From Eledone cirrhosa (lineage: Eukaryota): DNA of 64,000 nucleotides. The DNA lies in contig OZ024743.1 in assembly GCA_964016885.1 (NCBI GenBank), positions 146,568,001-146,632,000 on the forward strand, read 5' to 3'. Below, piece by piece: positions 38,600 to 53,254 of the stretch; within the stretch, counting starts at the first letter, position 1; each line of letters starts with the position of its first letter. The position numbers and the translations under genes are program-made. Under the pieces are notes generated by a model. It ran no database searches and was not told the origin of the DNA. It saw nothing but the letters and a program-made list of their open reading frames with translations.

Positions 38600-41080
38600 G
38601 ATATATATATATATAATGATATATATATATATGATATTATAATATATTATAATATATTATTATTATATTATGTTTGTGTGTAATTCTGTGTGTAAATGGG
38701 TAAGGGAGACAGGTTTGCTATTGTGTATGTATGTTTCTGTGATGTGAATCACATACAACATATACACACATATATACACACATACATACACTCATACACA
38801 CACATATATATATAATATTACTTAGGTATACACTTGTAAACAGTCAACTATATATATGCACACACCTATACATAACCAATAGACTGATGAATATATGTAA
38901 ATATGGTGTATATTTACATACATATGCCATATATCTACATATATACTCATACACACACACACATGCACACACATATTCACACACATATACACACACACTT
39001 TTTTTAAAAAATGACTGTGAATCTGAGAGAAATCTTAGCTAAGTTAGAAAAAAATATAAAATTTTGTGTTATAAACTTTGTCTTAGTTGCAACAGCATTT
39101 GGAAACTCCTTAGAAAACTTTGGTAAAATCAATCATCATCATCATCATCATCATCATCACCGTTTTACACCCGTTCTTCCACGCTAGCATGGGTTAGACG
39201 GGTTGTCCTGTTGTGGGCAATGCCAGGTCGGGTGACCATGTCTTGCTCATACAGGAGCTTTGATTTGGCTTGATTTCTACAGCTGGATGCCCTTCCTAAC
39301 ACCAACCTTATTTACAGTGAGTGCTGGGTGCTTTTTCGTGGCGCCTACACATCCACTTTACAGTGTGGGCTGGGTGCTTTTTTGCCGTGGCACCTCCACG
39401 ACCACTTTGCAGTGGGAGGGTGTGGGGGCATATTGTCTATATGCTTCAGCTTGTACCCATAGGAGGTCGGGTACTCTGTATTACTGCGTGACGTCAGAAG
39501 TCACGGTCGTGTGTCATTGCCTTTGAGAGGTGTAATTGGGCAAGGTCGGCTTTTATCACCTCATCCCAGGTCATCTTGGGTCTCCCCAAAATATGTTTAT
39601 CATGAAACTATAAAGTATTTAGCAGATCTAATATAAATTTCTTCCATTAAGTGCACACAATCACACAATTTTAAGGGTATGAAAGTAAATGGTATTATTA
39701 AGTCATTCAGAAGAGTATCAGACCTCCATCTGATGGGAAGATCTCCCACCCACTTTGGGGTGGGTGGGAGATGTCTTCTATTGTGAAAATGGGTATAGCT
39801 TTCATTATGTAAAATCTCAAAGGACGGTGGGTTGGCAGCATCGGTAGAGGGTCGGACGCCATGCTTTGACGCATAGAGTTACCTCCCTTCATGATCTGAG
39901 TTCAAATCCCGCCGAGGTTAACTTTGCCTTTCATCCTTACGGGGTCGATAAAATAAAGTACCAGTCACGCACTGGGGTCGATTTAATCGACTTTCCCCTC
40001 CCCCCAAAATTGCTGGCCTTGTGCCTACATAAGAAACCATTATGTAAATCTCCCCATTTTGGGAAACTTTTTTCCATGGTACTCCTTGTTTGGGTTTTTA
40101 GTGGGGGAATTTCTGGAGTATTAACTATGTGCATGTTTTAATACATGGTAGAAATAAGAAGAGGATGGTTGATTGGCAGAATTGTTAGAAACTCAGACAA
40201 ATACCTTTGTATTTTGAGTATAAATCTTAGCAAAATCAATTTTATTTTGCATCTTTCTGGAGTGATAAATAAAGTACAAGTATGGTATTTGTGTTGATTC
40301 TTCTTTCTCTTAGAATCAGTTATGATGTACTGAGAGAGGGTAACGACTTGGAACAGTTATGACTAAAAGAGAAAAAAGTCGAAATTCTTTTTGCATCATC
40401 ACCCACTTTCACATGGAAAAATTTTGCAGCACCCAAATTTATAGTAACTATTTAAAAGCATACCAAAAATATTTGGTAAAAGTTTGTTACTGGTTTGTAA
40501 ACTGACTTTTTATGATGTAAAAAAAATGTTAAAGGAAGGAAACAAATAATTGTTTCTACTTTTGGCACAAGGCCAGCAATTATCCCAGTGCATTACTGGT
40601 ACTTTATTTTATCGACCCCATAAAGATGAAAGGCAAAGTTAACCTCGGCGGGATTTGAACTCAGATCATAAAGGGAGGTAACTCTATGCTTCAAAGCATG
40701 GCGTCCGACCCTCTATCGATACTACCGATACTGCCAAGCAAACTTGACCATTTAAAACTGTATTTTATAAAATTTTATTATAAAGGATATAATTTAGTTT
40801 TTGGTCAAGGTTAGTTTTATGTTTAGGGTTATTGTTCATAATTATAAAATTAAAAAAACACTAGCAACTAATAAAAATTCAGCATATATATATATATATA
40901 TAGTAATAATAAATACAAAGACCAAAATCCAAAGAGGACTCAATATGGGGTGTATATATTTAAGTATATATAAACCTGTAGAGCAAATATTTATTATTAA
41001 CACAGATTAAAAGTTTAAGCAATGAATTTCTGTTTTCACCCAACAGAAAATCATTGCTTAAACTTTTAATCTGTACTACT

Positions 41081-41113
<33 letters not shown>

Positions 41114-41293
41114 ATATATATATATATCATCATCATCATCATCATCATCGTTTAACGTCCATCTTCCATGCTTGCATGGGTTTGGATGGGAATTTTCCCA
41201 CTTGAGGCAAGATTGGTTGTCTTGCTCGTATAGGACTGTCTTGCGGGTTTTCTACGGCTGGATGCCCTTCCTAACACCAACAATGTATATCCC

Positions 41294-41343
<50 letters not shown>

Positions 41344-43099
41344 GGGATAACAAGTTATCGTTTTAGGTAATCCAGTTAGAGGTTGTGAGTACTCTGTACT
41401 ATGGATAGTTTTAACACATGGCGTTGTTTGACTCAACAAGAGGTTTCCTTAGTTAGGTAGCGAGTTTGCGAGAATTCCCATGCAGGTTATTCTTGGAGTA
41501 ATAGTAGTGAAAGAGTGAAGAATAACATGGTCCCAGTATTCCGATGATTTTATCAGAGATACACACTGTATTTAAGGTCGAGTGAGCAAGTGTGTGGAAA
41601 ATTCATGAAAGCGGAAACAGAAGTTAATACATGAGGCACCCTGTTTTCCAGTCACAAGTGCAAAAGTGAAATAGCACTTACTGTTTTTCCAACAACTGAT
41701 TTCATGTAAATAACTTCTTTAAAACTAAATTATATCATTTATAATTAAATTTATTAAAATACAGTTTTATATGGCTTATAAAACATTCAAAATCTTGTTG
41801 TCCTTTATATGGTATATGTAAAATAAAAATGTTATTTCGTTCAAATAATTATTTGAATGTTAATGACCCTACTATAACTCTAGAACATACCAAAATGTTC
41901 TTTGTTTGTGGGGATATTTATATCTTATTTAGGAATGTAGCCCAGTTATTCCTGTTTAACCTCCTGTTATTTTTTTATACGGGCTCTTTGAATATCTCCT
42001 TTGAATATTTTTTTCAGATAGCATATGTTGGAATTCTTTCTTAATACCCAAAATGCTACCATTAAAATTTCCAATTGCTCATCATTTTTTGTTCAGTTGT
42101 TCATCACCCACTCAAAAGTTTAAATTGCCCACTGGTTAGGAAACCCTGCTATAGATGGTCAATGTCTATAGAAAACCAGTCCCTATAGAAAGCCAGTCCT
42201 TATAGACAACTAGTACCTATAAACTTTACAGGCCTTTTTATAATGATGAAATCAATATGGTAGATGGTTAAAATAAACATCTATGTATTGTTGATATTAG
42301 GGCGGTGGATTGGCAGTATCGGTAGAGGATCAGATGCCACGCTTTGCAGCATAGAGTTACGGCCCTTTACAGCCTGAGTTCAAATGTCACCGAGGTTAAC
42401 TTTGCTTTTCATCCTTACAGGGTCGATAAAATAAAGTACCAGTAATGCACTGGGGTAATTGCTGGCCTTATGCCAAAAGTAGAAACAATTATTGTTTAGC
42501 TCTGAGTCAGAACTGATCAAAATTGTCTATGAACAAAGGCGTTCCAATCATGACCATCATGCCTTTTTCAAGTTAAGTGCATCTAGGACTAATTTATAGA
42601 ATATGTTCTTTCTCTTTCAAATATACCAGAGAATGAAAATGTGATTGCTATTCTCAATAAGAAGAGCAATTGTGTACTGGCTCTATCACTCACCTGCATT
42701 TTCATTGTTGTTTTCTTCTTGTTTATATAACATAATTTGAAATGATTCAAATGTATGTATGTAATGATGTATATATGGTGAAATAATCCTGTCTTAACAA
42801 CTCTTATTTGATAAATGAATTACGCCATCACTCCTACCCACCAACTCATACCTAGGATAAAATACTGGCGTGAAGTGCTTTTTGGATTGCTTGGACCTGC
42901 TTATCCTCAAGAAATTACAATGTAACCAACCACTTATAACCAACTTATCTTCTGCATATATATATATATATAGTGTACGTAGTATGCTGAAATTACACCA
43001 ACATATGCACATATGACCCCACACAAAAAAATAGGGCCAATGCCTATATATATACATTCTTGGTTCACATACCATAACAAAAATATATCTTTTGTGGCA

Positions 43100-43195
43100 T
43101 CATCAGTCTGAGGAGCAGATTGATATTGGAGTTGGGTCCATAATTCCTATGGGCCACCTTGAACCAATCCTCTGTGAAACGCACGTAACAGGCCG
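43100..43195 (+). ncRNA. Probable type I hammerhead with long stem II
   Basis: GT CTGAGGA GCAGA...TCTGT GAAA CG CA CG TA AC, with internal hairpin GGTCCATA/TATGGGCC. Stem I is weak. Confidence 0.55.
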
Positions 43196-43252
43196 ATACA
43201 CAATAAATATTTTTCATATGTAAATGAAACTTCCTTGTTTTTTCCATTACAC

Positions 43253-43284
<32 letters not shown>

Positions 43285-43416
43285 GTGAGGTTTTTTTTTA
43301 CAAAATGAAAAATAACCGAGGTGTCCTACACGAGTGAAAGTATAAAGAAAAAGAGATGAAATCGAAAATGCAACTGGAGTCTTATTTTAAAAAAAAATGT
43401 ATATATTTATTTGGTT

Positions 43417-43454
43417 CCTTTACCGGTTTCGCAGTTCTTCTGCTTTTCAAAAGG
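43417..43454 (-). ncRNA. Minimal type I hammerhead with U3-A8 covariant core
   Basis: Minus strand reads CCTT TTGAAAA GCAG AAGAA CTGC GAAACCGGTA AAGG. Stems I and II pair perfectly, ACCGGT is palindromic, GUA triplet. Confidence 0.75.
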
Positions 43455-44019
43455 TGAGTTGAGATGGAGGGTCTGTGGTTTTTCTCACATATATATATAT
43501 GTGCGTGTGTGTGTGTGTGTAAATGCACGTACACACACACATATATATATATGAGTATATGAGTGTATATGTGTGTATGTGTGTATGTGTGGACATAGCA
43601 TGGATAAATGGTTAAGGAGTTCACTTCTCAATCATTAGGTCCCAGGTTTGATACCACTGTGTGGCATCTTGGGCAACTGTCATTTGCCACAACTTCAGGT
43701 TGATTCATGTCTTGCAATTGAAATTGGGAAGATGAAAACTGTTTGGAAGCCTGACAAATGGACTATATTTTTAATCCATAGGGTCAGCATTGTCACACAC
43801 TTTGTCACTTGGAATATTCTTGAGAATTACATTAAGGGTGCAAGTGTCTGTGCAATGTTCTGCTACTTACACATTAATTTCACTTGTAGGCCCTCTTGTA
43901 GATTAAACAACTGGAACACTCATTGTCAAAATTGATGGAGATCTATTCTTGTCCTTCTTTGTATGTATGTCTTAGTCTTAGTCTTAGATTCTTCCATGCC
44001 GGTCAGTACATCGAGCAGT

Positions 44020-44205
44020 AAATACTCACCAACGGTCACGATCAGTGGCAACTTTTTCGAGACCGTGCCCAGGTGATGTTGGCTGCCATCAGGTCCTCCC
44101 GGAACATTTGTCGCCAGGTGATCCTTGGGCAACTCTGCCTCCGTTTACCGCCAGGCGGAGTCCAGTTCATCGCTGTTTTCGAATGCCGTTCATTTGGCAG
44201 ATGCA
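44020..44205 (-). mobile_element. LINE ORF C-terminal remnant (RTE-like)
   Basis: ERHSKTAMNWTPPGGKRRQSCPRITWRQMFREDL. Confidence 0.65.
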
Positions 44206-45144
44206 GATTATGTATGTATATGTGTATATTCATGCATGAGTGTTTCTCTGTGTATGCATATGCATGTTTATGGGTGTGTATGTGTGTATGTATGTCTATA
44301 TGCTTGTGTTCATGTGTGTGTGTATCTGTGTGTTTGTGTCTACATGCATAGATATATATATATATATGTGTGTGTGTGTATGTGTGTATGTGTGTGTGTA
44401 TGTGTATGTGTGTGTGTGCGTGTGAGTGTCTATGCCTATTTGAAAATGGTGGTAGCAGTAGTGGTTATGTTAAGTTTTGATGGCAATGGCAACATGGTTG
44501 TATTTCATGGCATGTTATCGTCTCGTACCAGCTTTCATTATGACATAGCTCTGTACTTTATGACACATATTAACTAGCAATAACCTTAATTACATTGACA
44601 TTTTATACTCTTCAATGTTTCCACTGCTTCATTTGAATTATTTTCTTTACACCCAGTCACTTAAAAAAAAATTAGGAAAAATTAATCATTGATCATAGTA
44701 ACGATGATGGTGGTAGCAAAGGTGTATGTGTATATATATATATATACCCACATGTGTGCTGTACTATATTATTTCTTGTGGCTGGTAGTTTTTGTTGTTG
44801 ATGTGTGCAGTGCATTATTACACAGTATCGGTAGAGGGTCGGGCGATATGCTTTGACGCATAGAGTTACGGATCTTTCCATTCTGAGTTCAAATCCCGCC
44901 GAGGTCAACTTTGCCTTTCATCCTTACGGGGTCGATAAAATAAAGTACCAGTAATGTACTGGATAATTGCTGGCCTTGTGCCAAAAGTAGAAACAATTAT
45001 TACACAGTAGAAAAGACATTTAAATATAATCAAGACTGTATGGTTAGGAAGTTTACTTTGCAGCCATGTGAGTTTAGGTTTGGTCTCAATGTGTGGTATC
45101 TTTGGCAAATTTCTTATATTACAACCTTAGGTTGATCAATGTCG

Positions 45145-45184
<40 letters not shown>

Positions 45185-47141
45185 TATAACCTTTGAACAT
45201 CAATTTTTCCACACTAGCATGTGTTAGACGAGTTGTCCTGTTGTGAGCAATGCCAGGTCAGGTGACCATGCCTTGCTGATACAGAACTGATTTTGGCTTG
45301 GTGTCTACAGCTGGATACCCTTCCTAACACCACCCATATTTACAGTGAGTACTAGGGGCTTTTTCTCGTGGCGCTTATATGACCACTTTACAGTGTGGAT
45401 GAGGTGCTTTTTTCGTGATACCTACACAACCACTTTACAGTGGAGGGGAGGGGGCATACTGTATATGTGCTTCATTTTCGGCTAGTACCCATGAGTGAAA
45501 TTTGGTAGACTGAATCTGAACCTATAATGCACATGCATGTATGTATGCAGATAAAATCCTACATGCAATGTCTGCATCTATAACCATGGAATTTAAATGC
45601 ATACATATTTATACCCATATGTGACTCTGGTTGTGTACACACTGGTATGTCATATTCTTTATGTTCACCTGTTTTTACATAGACATATATATGCATTTAC
45701 ATTCGATTGCGTATTCATTATTCATTACAATGAATAACAAATACCCATCCAAATGTAAGTTGTTATTGATGAGGGCGATGTATCTGGTAAATTGTATTAC
45801 AAGAAATGAATGATTGATATAAGTTACATTAAAGAAAAGAATTGAGCTGGATGAGTGATGAATAAAAAATCATAAAAAGGTGATAAATGGTAATAACTTG
45901 AGAATAGGGGGAGGCAAAAAGAGATATCAATGATAAAAGAGGCAAAATAAAGCAAAATGGACTAAAAGAGAGAAGTAAAATGAAATAATAAAGAAAACAA
46001 TAAATCAACTCCCTGTAGCTGGTGCAGCCAATCATTAGGGTATCATTTAAATGTTCTGAGAGTCAGAAATTGCCACTGAACTCTGTCCTTTGTCATACAC
46101 AGAAAGATCACAGTATTAGATTTGCTCAGACTTTGATGTAGTCAGACTTGGGTTTCTTTTCTCTATCTTTCTTCTTTGCCCCCCCCCCCCCCCTTCAGCT
46201 GTACCCTAAATAATGGTTTTGGACAGGGAGTCATGTCAGGGCACATTTCATACCAAGCAAGCTTTCATCTTTTCACTGTTGGGGTATTACCTGCCTGCCA
46301 GCTTGTTTTGTGTTCTATGTATGAGATGTGTAGCAATCTTCTTAAGTACTTGTACTCAAACACATGGATCTTTTGTTCCAAGTAAGTATCCAGCCTTTAC
46401 ACCCATATGGTAGGATCAAAGTCACTAGGGACTTGTGTGTATATGTGTATATGTGCATGTTTGTATGTGCACATATGTGTTAATGTATCTCATGCAGTAT
46501 TTTTATACTATACCTGTACATAACAGATCATTGCAGTTATATGGGATATAAACAATGGATAGAATAATAATAATTGTTTCTACTTTTGGCACAAGGCCAT
46601 CAATTACCCAGTACATTACTGGTACTTTATTTTATCGACCCTGTAAGAATGAAAGGCAAAGTTAATCTCGGCGGGATTTGAACTCAGAATAATAATAATG
46701 GTTTCTGGCACAAGGCCAGTGATTTGGAGTGAGGGAAAAGTAAATTATATAGACTAGTATTTTATTTCATCAAGTCTGGAAGAACAAAAGGCAAAGTTGA
46801 CCTCAGCGGGATTTACTTTTAGAATGTTACAAAGTTGGAACAAATACTGCAAAACCTTTTGTCCAACACTCTAATGATTCTGGTCACCCTAGATACTATC
46901 AATAACAAGAAAGCAGATGAATGTAGGAACAAAGAAATGACAATACATAAAGTAACTGCTAACATGAAGTGTTGCTGCTACTATAAGTATTCATTGCTTT
47001 TTCTGTGATCATCTTTGAGTTACCATACATCATTGGATGGTCATATTTATCTTCTCATAATGAATTATAAATTAGAAACATGGGACCACATGCTCAAAGA
47101 GACTAAATATGTCTTTTAACATGTTGAATTCTCCTTTGTAG

Positions 47142-47254
47142 TTCAAAGCTGTTTTACAAAGAGGCTTACACCACCTGGATGTTTCCAAAATACATGTTTA
47201 TATTTTCTCTGTATGTTTGTTTGTGTGACCTCCTTGTATCTGGCTACTCATCAA
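47142..47254 (+). CDS. Candidate host exon encoding a signal-peptide-like segment
   Basis: CTCCTTTGTAG acceptor, AA|GTAAGT donor, frame SKLFYKEAYTTWMFPKYMFIFSLYVCLCDLLVSGYSS (ATG at 47179). Confidence 0.5.
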
Positions 47255-47758
47255 GTAAGTTAGTTTGCTGCTACATGGTACTTCAAGTAGTATATAATTT
47301 CTTTATAAAATATGAGAGATTAAATGTAAAAAAGCTTTAAATATTCTTTTATGTGGGTCTTTTATTCTCAGGTTTAATATTAAACCATCAAAATTTTATT
47401 AAATCAATAAACTTCAGCTAGAAAAGAATTATTACCAAAATAATGGTTAAACCAACTTTAGTTGAATTAATTTTTCAGAAAAATGTTTATGCTGTCTATT
47501 ACCCCATAAGTCACTTTTCTTACATATTGTATTTTAAGTGTTTTATAATTTTTTTTGTTCATTCTTGCCATTAATAAAATATATAATTTTAATCATATTC
47601 ACTACATGAACATTTGTTATAGTTATTAAATCTTTCCTAATTTTTCTCTAACTTTGGATAGGCACCTTATTTCCCTCATCATGAAAAAGCAAACAAAGGA
47701 AATCAACATATTACAATGTTATTAACTTAATAAAAAAATTATAAGTTATCTTTCTTAG

Positions 47759-47823
47759 ACAATAACTATAATAGGATGATTCTTGGTGAATTGTTTACCT
47801 ACGAAATTGTTTCTATATATCAG
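47759..47823 (+). CDS. Candidate host exon continuing the previous one in frame
   Basis: TCTTTCTTAG acceptor, CAG|GTGAGA donor. The phase-1 join gives NNNYNRMILGELFTYEIVSIYQ. Confidence 0.5.
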
Positions 47824-50800
47824 GTGAGATTATATTATGATATTGTCTGTAGTTGAATGGATTTAAAAACTATTTAAATGCAGGTACATAAACAGATGAA
47901 GTAGCAATTTTAATAAAACACCTCAATTTGCCTATTTTTGGCTACAATTTTACATTATCTTTTATTTTCATCTTTACTGAACTGGGAAATGGAATAAAGT
48001 TTAGTTAGATAGATGCAATGTACCTTTCTGTTATCTATCTAATTTCTTGTAGATAAAAAGTAAGGTAACAGGCCCTATATTTATTTAAACAATCAATGTG
48101 TCTTGTTTAAAGAATAGAACTTAGGAACTGTGAGTTAATAATAAGGCATCTTTCTCACCAGACATCATATTCTTGATAAGTTCCGAAAAAAAAAAAAATA
48201 TTGTAAAGAACAAAAAATCATGTAAATAAGTAGTAGAAACATTTCCTAAAGTCTTCAATTAAACATGTAAACTGTTATTTTCTAATGAATTTGTTGAATT
48301 TTTTAAAAATTATTCTGGCAAAGTTTAATTTTTCATTTTGGAATAGAACTATGAGTCAAGAACATCATTTCCAATAATATTTAGGTATGGAAAGTTATAA
48401 TCAAAATGGCCTTAGAAACTATATTACTGGTGTTAATAACATAACATGAAAATTAACAAAAAAAAACTCAGGCTATTATGGCAAAATGTTTTGGAATAGA
48501 CTTTACATACTGAAAGCATTTCACCTTTAAGAAGTAACCAAAAATTTATATAAAAAGAGAATAAATGTTTTTTTTTAGCTGGTATGATATTAGCAAAGAT
48601 AAAGAGGGAATGATTTGCTACAAAATTGTTGCAAAAATCCAAAAATTATATTTCAGAACCAAATAATATATTTTTGAACCAATTATTAGCAATAAAATTT
48701 TCTAGGGAAATAAATTTAAATATAAATAAATGAGAATTAAAGGAAAAAAAAATGTAAATGTTTTTTTTCATTTTTTTCAATAATTCTATTGATATATGGG
48801 TAATTTTATCCAATATATTTTGAAGATAATAAATAGCATTTCATATTCTTCTAGAATTTATGTTAGATTTGTTTTTGTATCTCAAGAAATTCTACCTAGG
48901 GAAAATAATAGTTCAGTTATATTATATTTAAGATGAAGCAGTAGTTTCTATATGGATCTTAAAAAAGAAACAGTTAATGAGTTCATGTTGAATTTTCACT
49001 TAGAGGGCTCTTTCACACGAGCCTGACACACTAGATATGGGTTCATGAACAAAGGGTTATTGTATGTAGTTACTTGTTCAATAAAAATAAAATAACTATC
49101 TTTAACATGATAACAAATGATTTAAGTTCTACATTTTTGACATGCTTTATAATCATTTTTAACATGTGCAAGGACAGAAATTTTGAGGAGGAATAATGAT
49201 GATTACAGCAAGAAAGACCAATAAAGTGCGTTATTTTAACAGCTATAATCATACCACAGACTTCTGCAAGAGCAAAAGTATCCTAGCAACAACAATAAAG
49301 ATAGATAAAGTTTTCTGTCCAAAACATTTGACCATATTCATATGAATTATTTGTGTCATAAAGAGTTTAAATGTTCTAATGACATGATTAGACAAGATCC
49401 ATTGGTCTATTAAACATCCTTAATAATTGTTTCTACTTTTGGAACAAGGCCAGCAATTACCCAGTACATTACTGGTACTTTATTTTATCGACCCCGTAAG
49501 GATGAAAGGCAAAGTTAACCTCAACGGGATTTAAACTCAGACCATAAAGGGACGTAACTATCCTTGATAATGGTTTCTGATTTAGGCCAGCAATTTGAAG
49601 GGAAGGGGAAAATCTATTAAATCAACCCCAGTGCGTTACTGGTACTTTATTTTATCGACCTCGCAAGGATGAAAGGCAAAGGTAATCTTGGTGGGATTTG
49701 AACTCAGGGCTGTAACTCTATGCTGCTAAGCATATTGTCCAATGCTTTTATGATACTCCCAATCCACTGATCCTTAATAATGCATTGTTAATATTCTTAG
49801 AAGAAAAATTATTGACTCAACTTTCTATTTTGTCTTCTTTGTAAATGTCAGGACATGTATCTATATAAGAGATCAAAATACTTTATTTCTTAATGTGTTG
49901 GAAAGGTTGTGGTGGTTAAGCTTTTAGTCAACCTAAGATGAAAGACATTTCTGCTATAATCATGCTGTCTTTTAATGGAGACTTGGCCTATATTACTTAA
50001 TGTCTTCACCTTTGTTTAAGCTCTATATATTATGACCTTTTTTCTGAGGTAGGGTGTAATGGACATGTATTACTACCACCCATTCCTCCATTCACCTCCT
50101 GAGATTAAACAAATATTAATTTCAACTAATGATAAGCATGCTAAAATTATAACTGACCACTGAACAAATGCATAAAACATTATCACAATAGCAACCCTAT
50201 GATGAGTATGAAGCCTGTCATGAGATACATGAGACTAATTCCTGCATTAGCAGGAGAAATAGCCTTAAAATCCTTGTTGATCTTGTTGTTTTTGTTGTAA
50301 ATGCCCAGGTATAGTTAACAGTAATGGTATATATGAAATAGACTCCCTCAATTGAATGGATTTTAATACCTACGTACTTCATTAGCAGTGGAATTGTAAA
50401 GGTATATAGTAGCCAAAGTAAGAAAGAAATTGAAAAATTTCAAGGTGTTGTTCCGTCATTTGGGAACAAAGGGCTTCTCTCTTACAGTGAAGGGATGATT
50501 GTATGATGGTTGTGTTTGAACTGCTACACAGCATGGTAGTGAAATGTGAGCCTGATCCTTGAATACAATGCATTTGCAAAGACTAGAAAGAAATGAAGAA
50601 GGCAAGGTTTATATAATTGAAAAAATATATAAATTAATTCCTTGGTTTCTTATATATATTTATATATATATAACCTAATTAATATACACTTTACAAATTA
50701 TTATAATAACATTTAAAAAAAATTAGTTAACCTATAATTAATATTCTACTACTAATGAACTGCATAATTTTATTTCCCTTTTACAGCTATCTTTTCCTAA

Positions 50801-51170
50801 AATTTATACCAATAAGTATACATATAAACTATATATATATTATATATGATAATAATAAAAAGGACGAGTTGTTATATCTTCATTATGTTTATTGAGTAGT
50901 GATGGGCGTTTCGCTATTGATCAGCTCAAGGTTCGATCTGTATCAATCTGGCCTGACTCTGGAATCAAAAGCACGTCGGACTTTTATATATAGGGTAAGT
51001 CAAAGATTATCCGCATTTTCAACATAACCTATCTTTAGGTTTGTAACACTGCCTTTTGCTTATGCATACTGATAGTTGGTACTATTGTGGTCACGTGATC
51101 AAAGTTTGAACTTAATCGCACCAATATTCTTGCTGCTGTTACAGTGTAAACAAGGCCACTCTGCTAGCAG

Positions 51171-51212
<42 letters not shown>

Positions 51213-51220
51213 GTTATGAA

Positions 51221-51445
51221 CAGGATGTCCCCAAAAAATGTATACTCATTTTGATTAACTGTAAAGGCAATATTTATTAGAATGCACAGACTTTCCCCAA
51301 AATAAAATGATTTGCAGACATAATCCAATCGTATGTAAACACCCACAAATATTTACATAATTTAAATAATGCATATAAAACAGAATTTATTTTAATGCAT
51401 TTAAAAAAAGATTTTGTTGTATATACATTTTTGGGGGACACCCTG
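51221..51445. mobile_element. Tc1/mariner-type MITE
   Basis: TIRs CAGGATGTCCCCAAAAAATGTATA / TATACATTTTTGGGGGACACCCTG followed by TA. Confidence 0.75.
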
Positions 51446-52368
51446 TATATATGTACATATATACATACGTACATACATACATATATACATATATACATAC
51501 ACACATACATATATACATATATATATATATACATACATATGTATATATATATATATATATATGTATATATGTGTGCATGTGTGTGTACATATATTCTTTC
51601 TTTGTCCACTGGTAAAGGCCTTGACTATATATATAAATAACCAACAACATGTTTATATCATTTTTGATATTTCCATTTCTCTGTTTAGTTGAAGAATTTT
51701 TTTCAGCTGCAGCATATGAGGAAATATGTAAGTATTCAATTATTTCCACTCCAGTAAGCAAAAACCCCATATCTGGGAATCCATACAGAATCTTTCAAAT
51801 CTTTAGTGTTGACTTAAAGCTGCATGTAAACCTATTTATTATTACGTATATCAGTATCTTATTTCTCAATACCATGTTTTATTTTTGAAACATCCATTTT
51901 TATTTTTTTGTAGTTCTTATAGTTGTTGTTTTTATTATTATTTAAAAGAAATCCCTACTACTAATTCTTTTATTATTGTTATTTTTCATTATTATTAGTG
52001 GTATTATAATAACTACTTTGTTTGTTATAAATATATAATGGGTTTAGAAATCTCTCACCTAGCATGACAATAATATAAAGAAAAACAAAAAAATACATAA
52101 AAAAAAAGAATGAACAAGAACAGTGACAACAGGAATAATGACAAATATCACAGTAACATGGGCACTATGTGATAATGACAGCAACAAGCATAGAGACAAA
52201 TACAACTGTGAAATCAACCTGCAACAACAATAGCAACAACAACAGAAACAAAACCAACAAAACAAATGAAAACAACATAAAAAACAATGACAATATTAAT
52301 ACTTCTTAACATGAAAATTACTATAAACACAAAGTAGTGGGACCATCAACAACAACAGTAACAATACA

Positions 52369-52401
<33 letters not shown>

Positions 52402-52402
52402 C

Positions 52403-52467
<65 letters not shown>

Positions 52468-52472
52468 GTATA

Positions 52473-52507
<35 letters not shown>

Positions 52508-52702
52508 ATATATATATATATATGTATATATATGTGTGTATGTATATATATATATATATATATATACATGCATATATATATAAGGGAAAGAAAGAGAGAG
52601 AGAGTGTGTGTGTGTGAGAAAGTGTAAGATACATGAATATACATATTTATCGTTGATACAATTATTCTTGTTGTTAAATGTATGTACAAAACACACACAT
52701 TC

Positions 52703-52733
<31 letters not shown>

Positions 52734-52910
52734 CATATATATATACATATTTATATACATATATATATATATATATACATATATTAGATTAGAGTATATA
52801 TATTTAATGTTACTACACCCAATGCTTGTTGGTGCTGTTGTTAATATATATATAAATACATATATATATACATATATATACATGCATATATATATATATA
52901 CATACATATG

Positions 52911-52994
<84 letters not shown>

Positions 52995-53162
52995 CATATG
53001 TATGTATATATATATATGCATGTATATATATGTATATATATATGTATTTATATATATATATATATGTTTGTGTATATATGTATATATATATATGTATTTA
53101 TATATATATATATATGTGTGTGTGTATATGTATATAAATATATGTACTTACATATATATATA

Positions 53163-53254
<92 letters not shown>

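Noticed and set aside
42165-42222. 17-bp unit x3 and other short tandem arrays as possible CRISPR-like repeats
   Set aside because: No unique spacers and a eukaryotic context; ordinary minisatellites.
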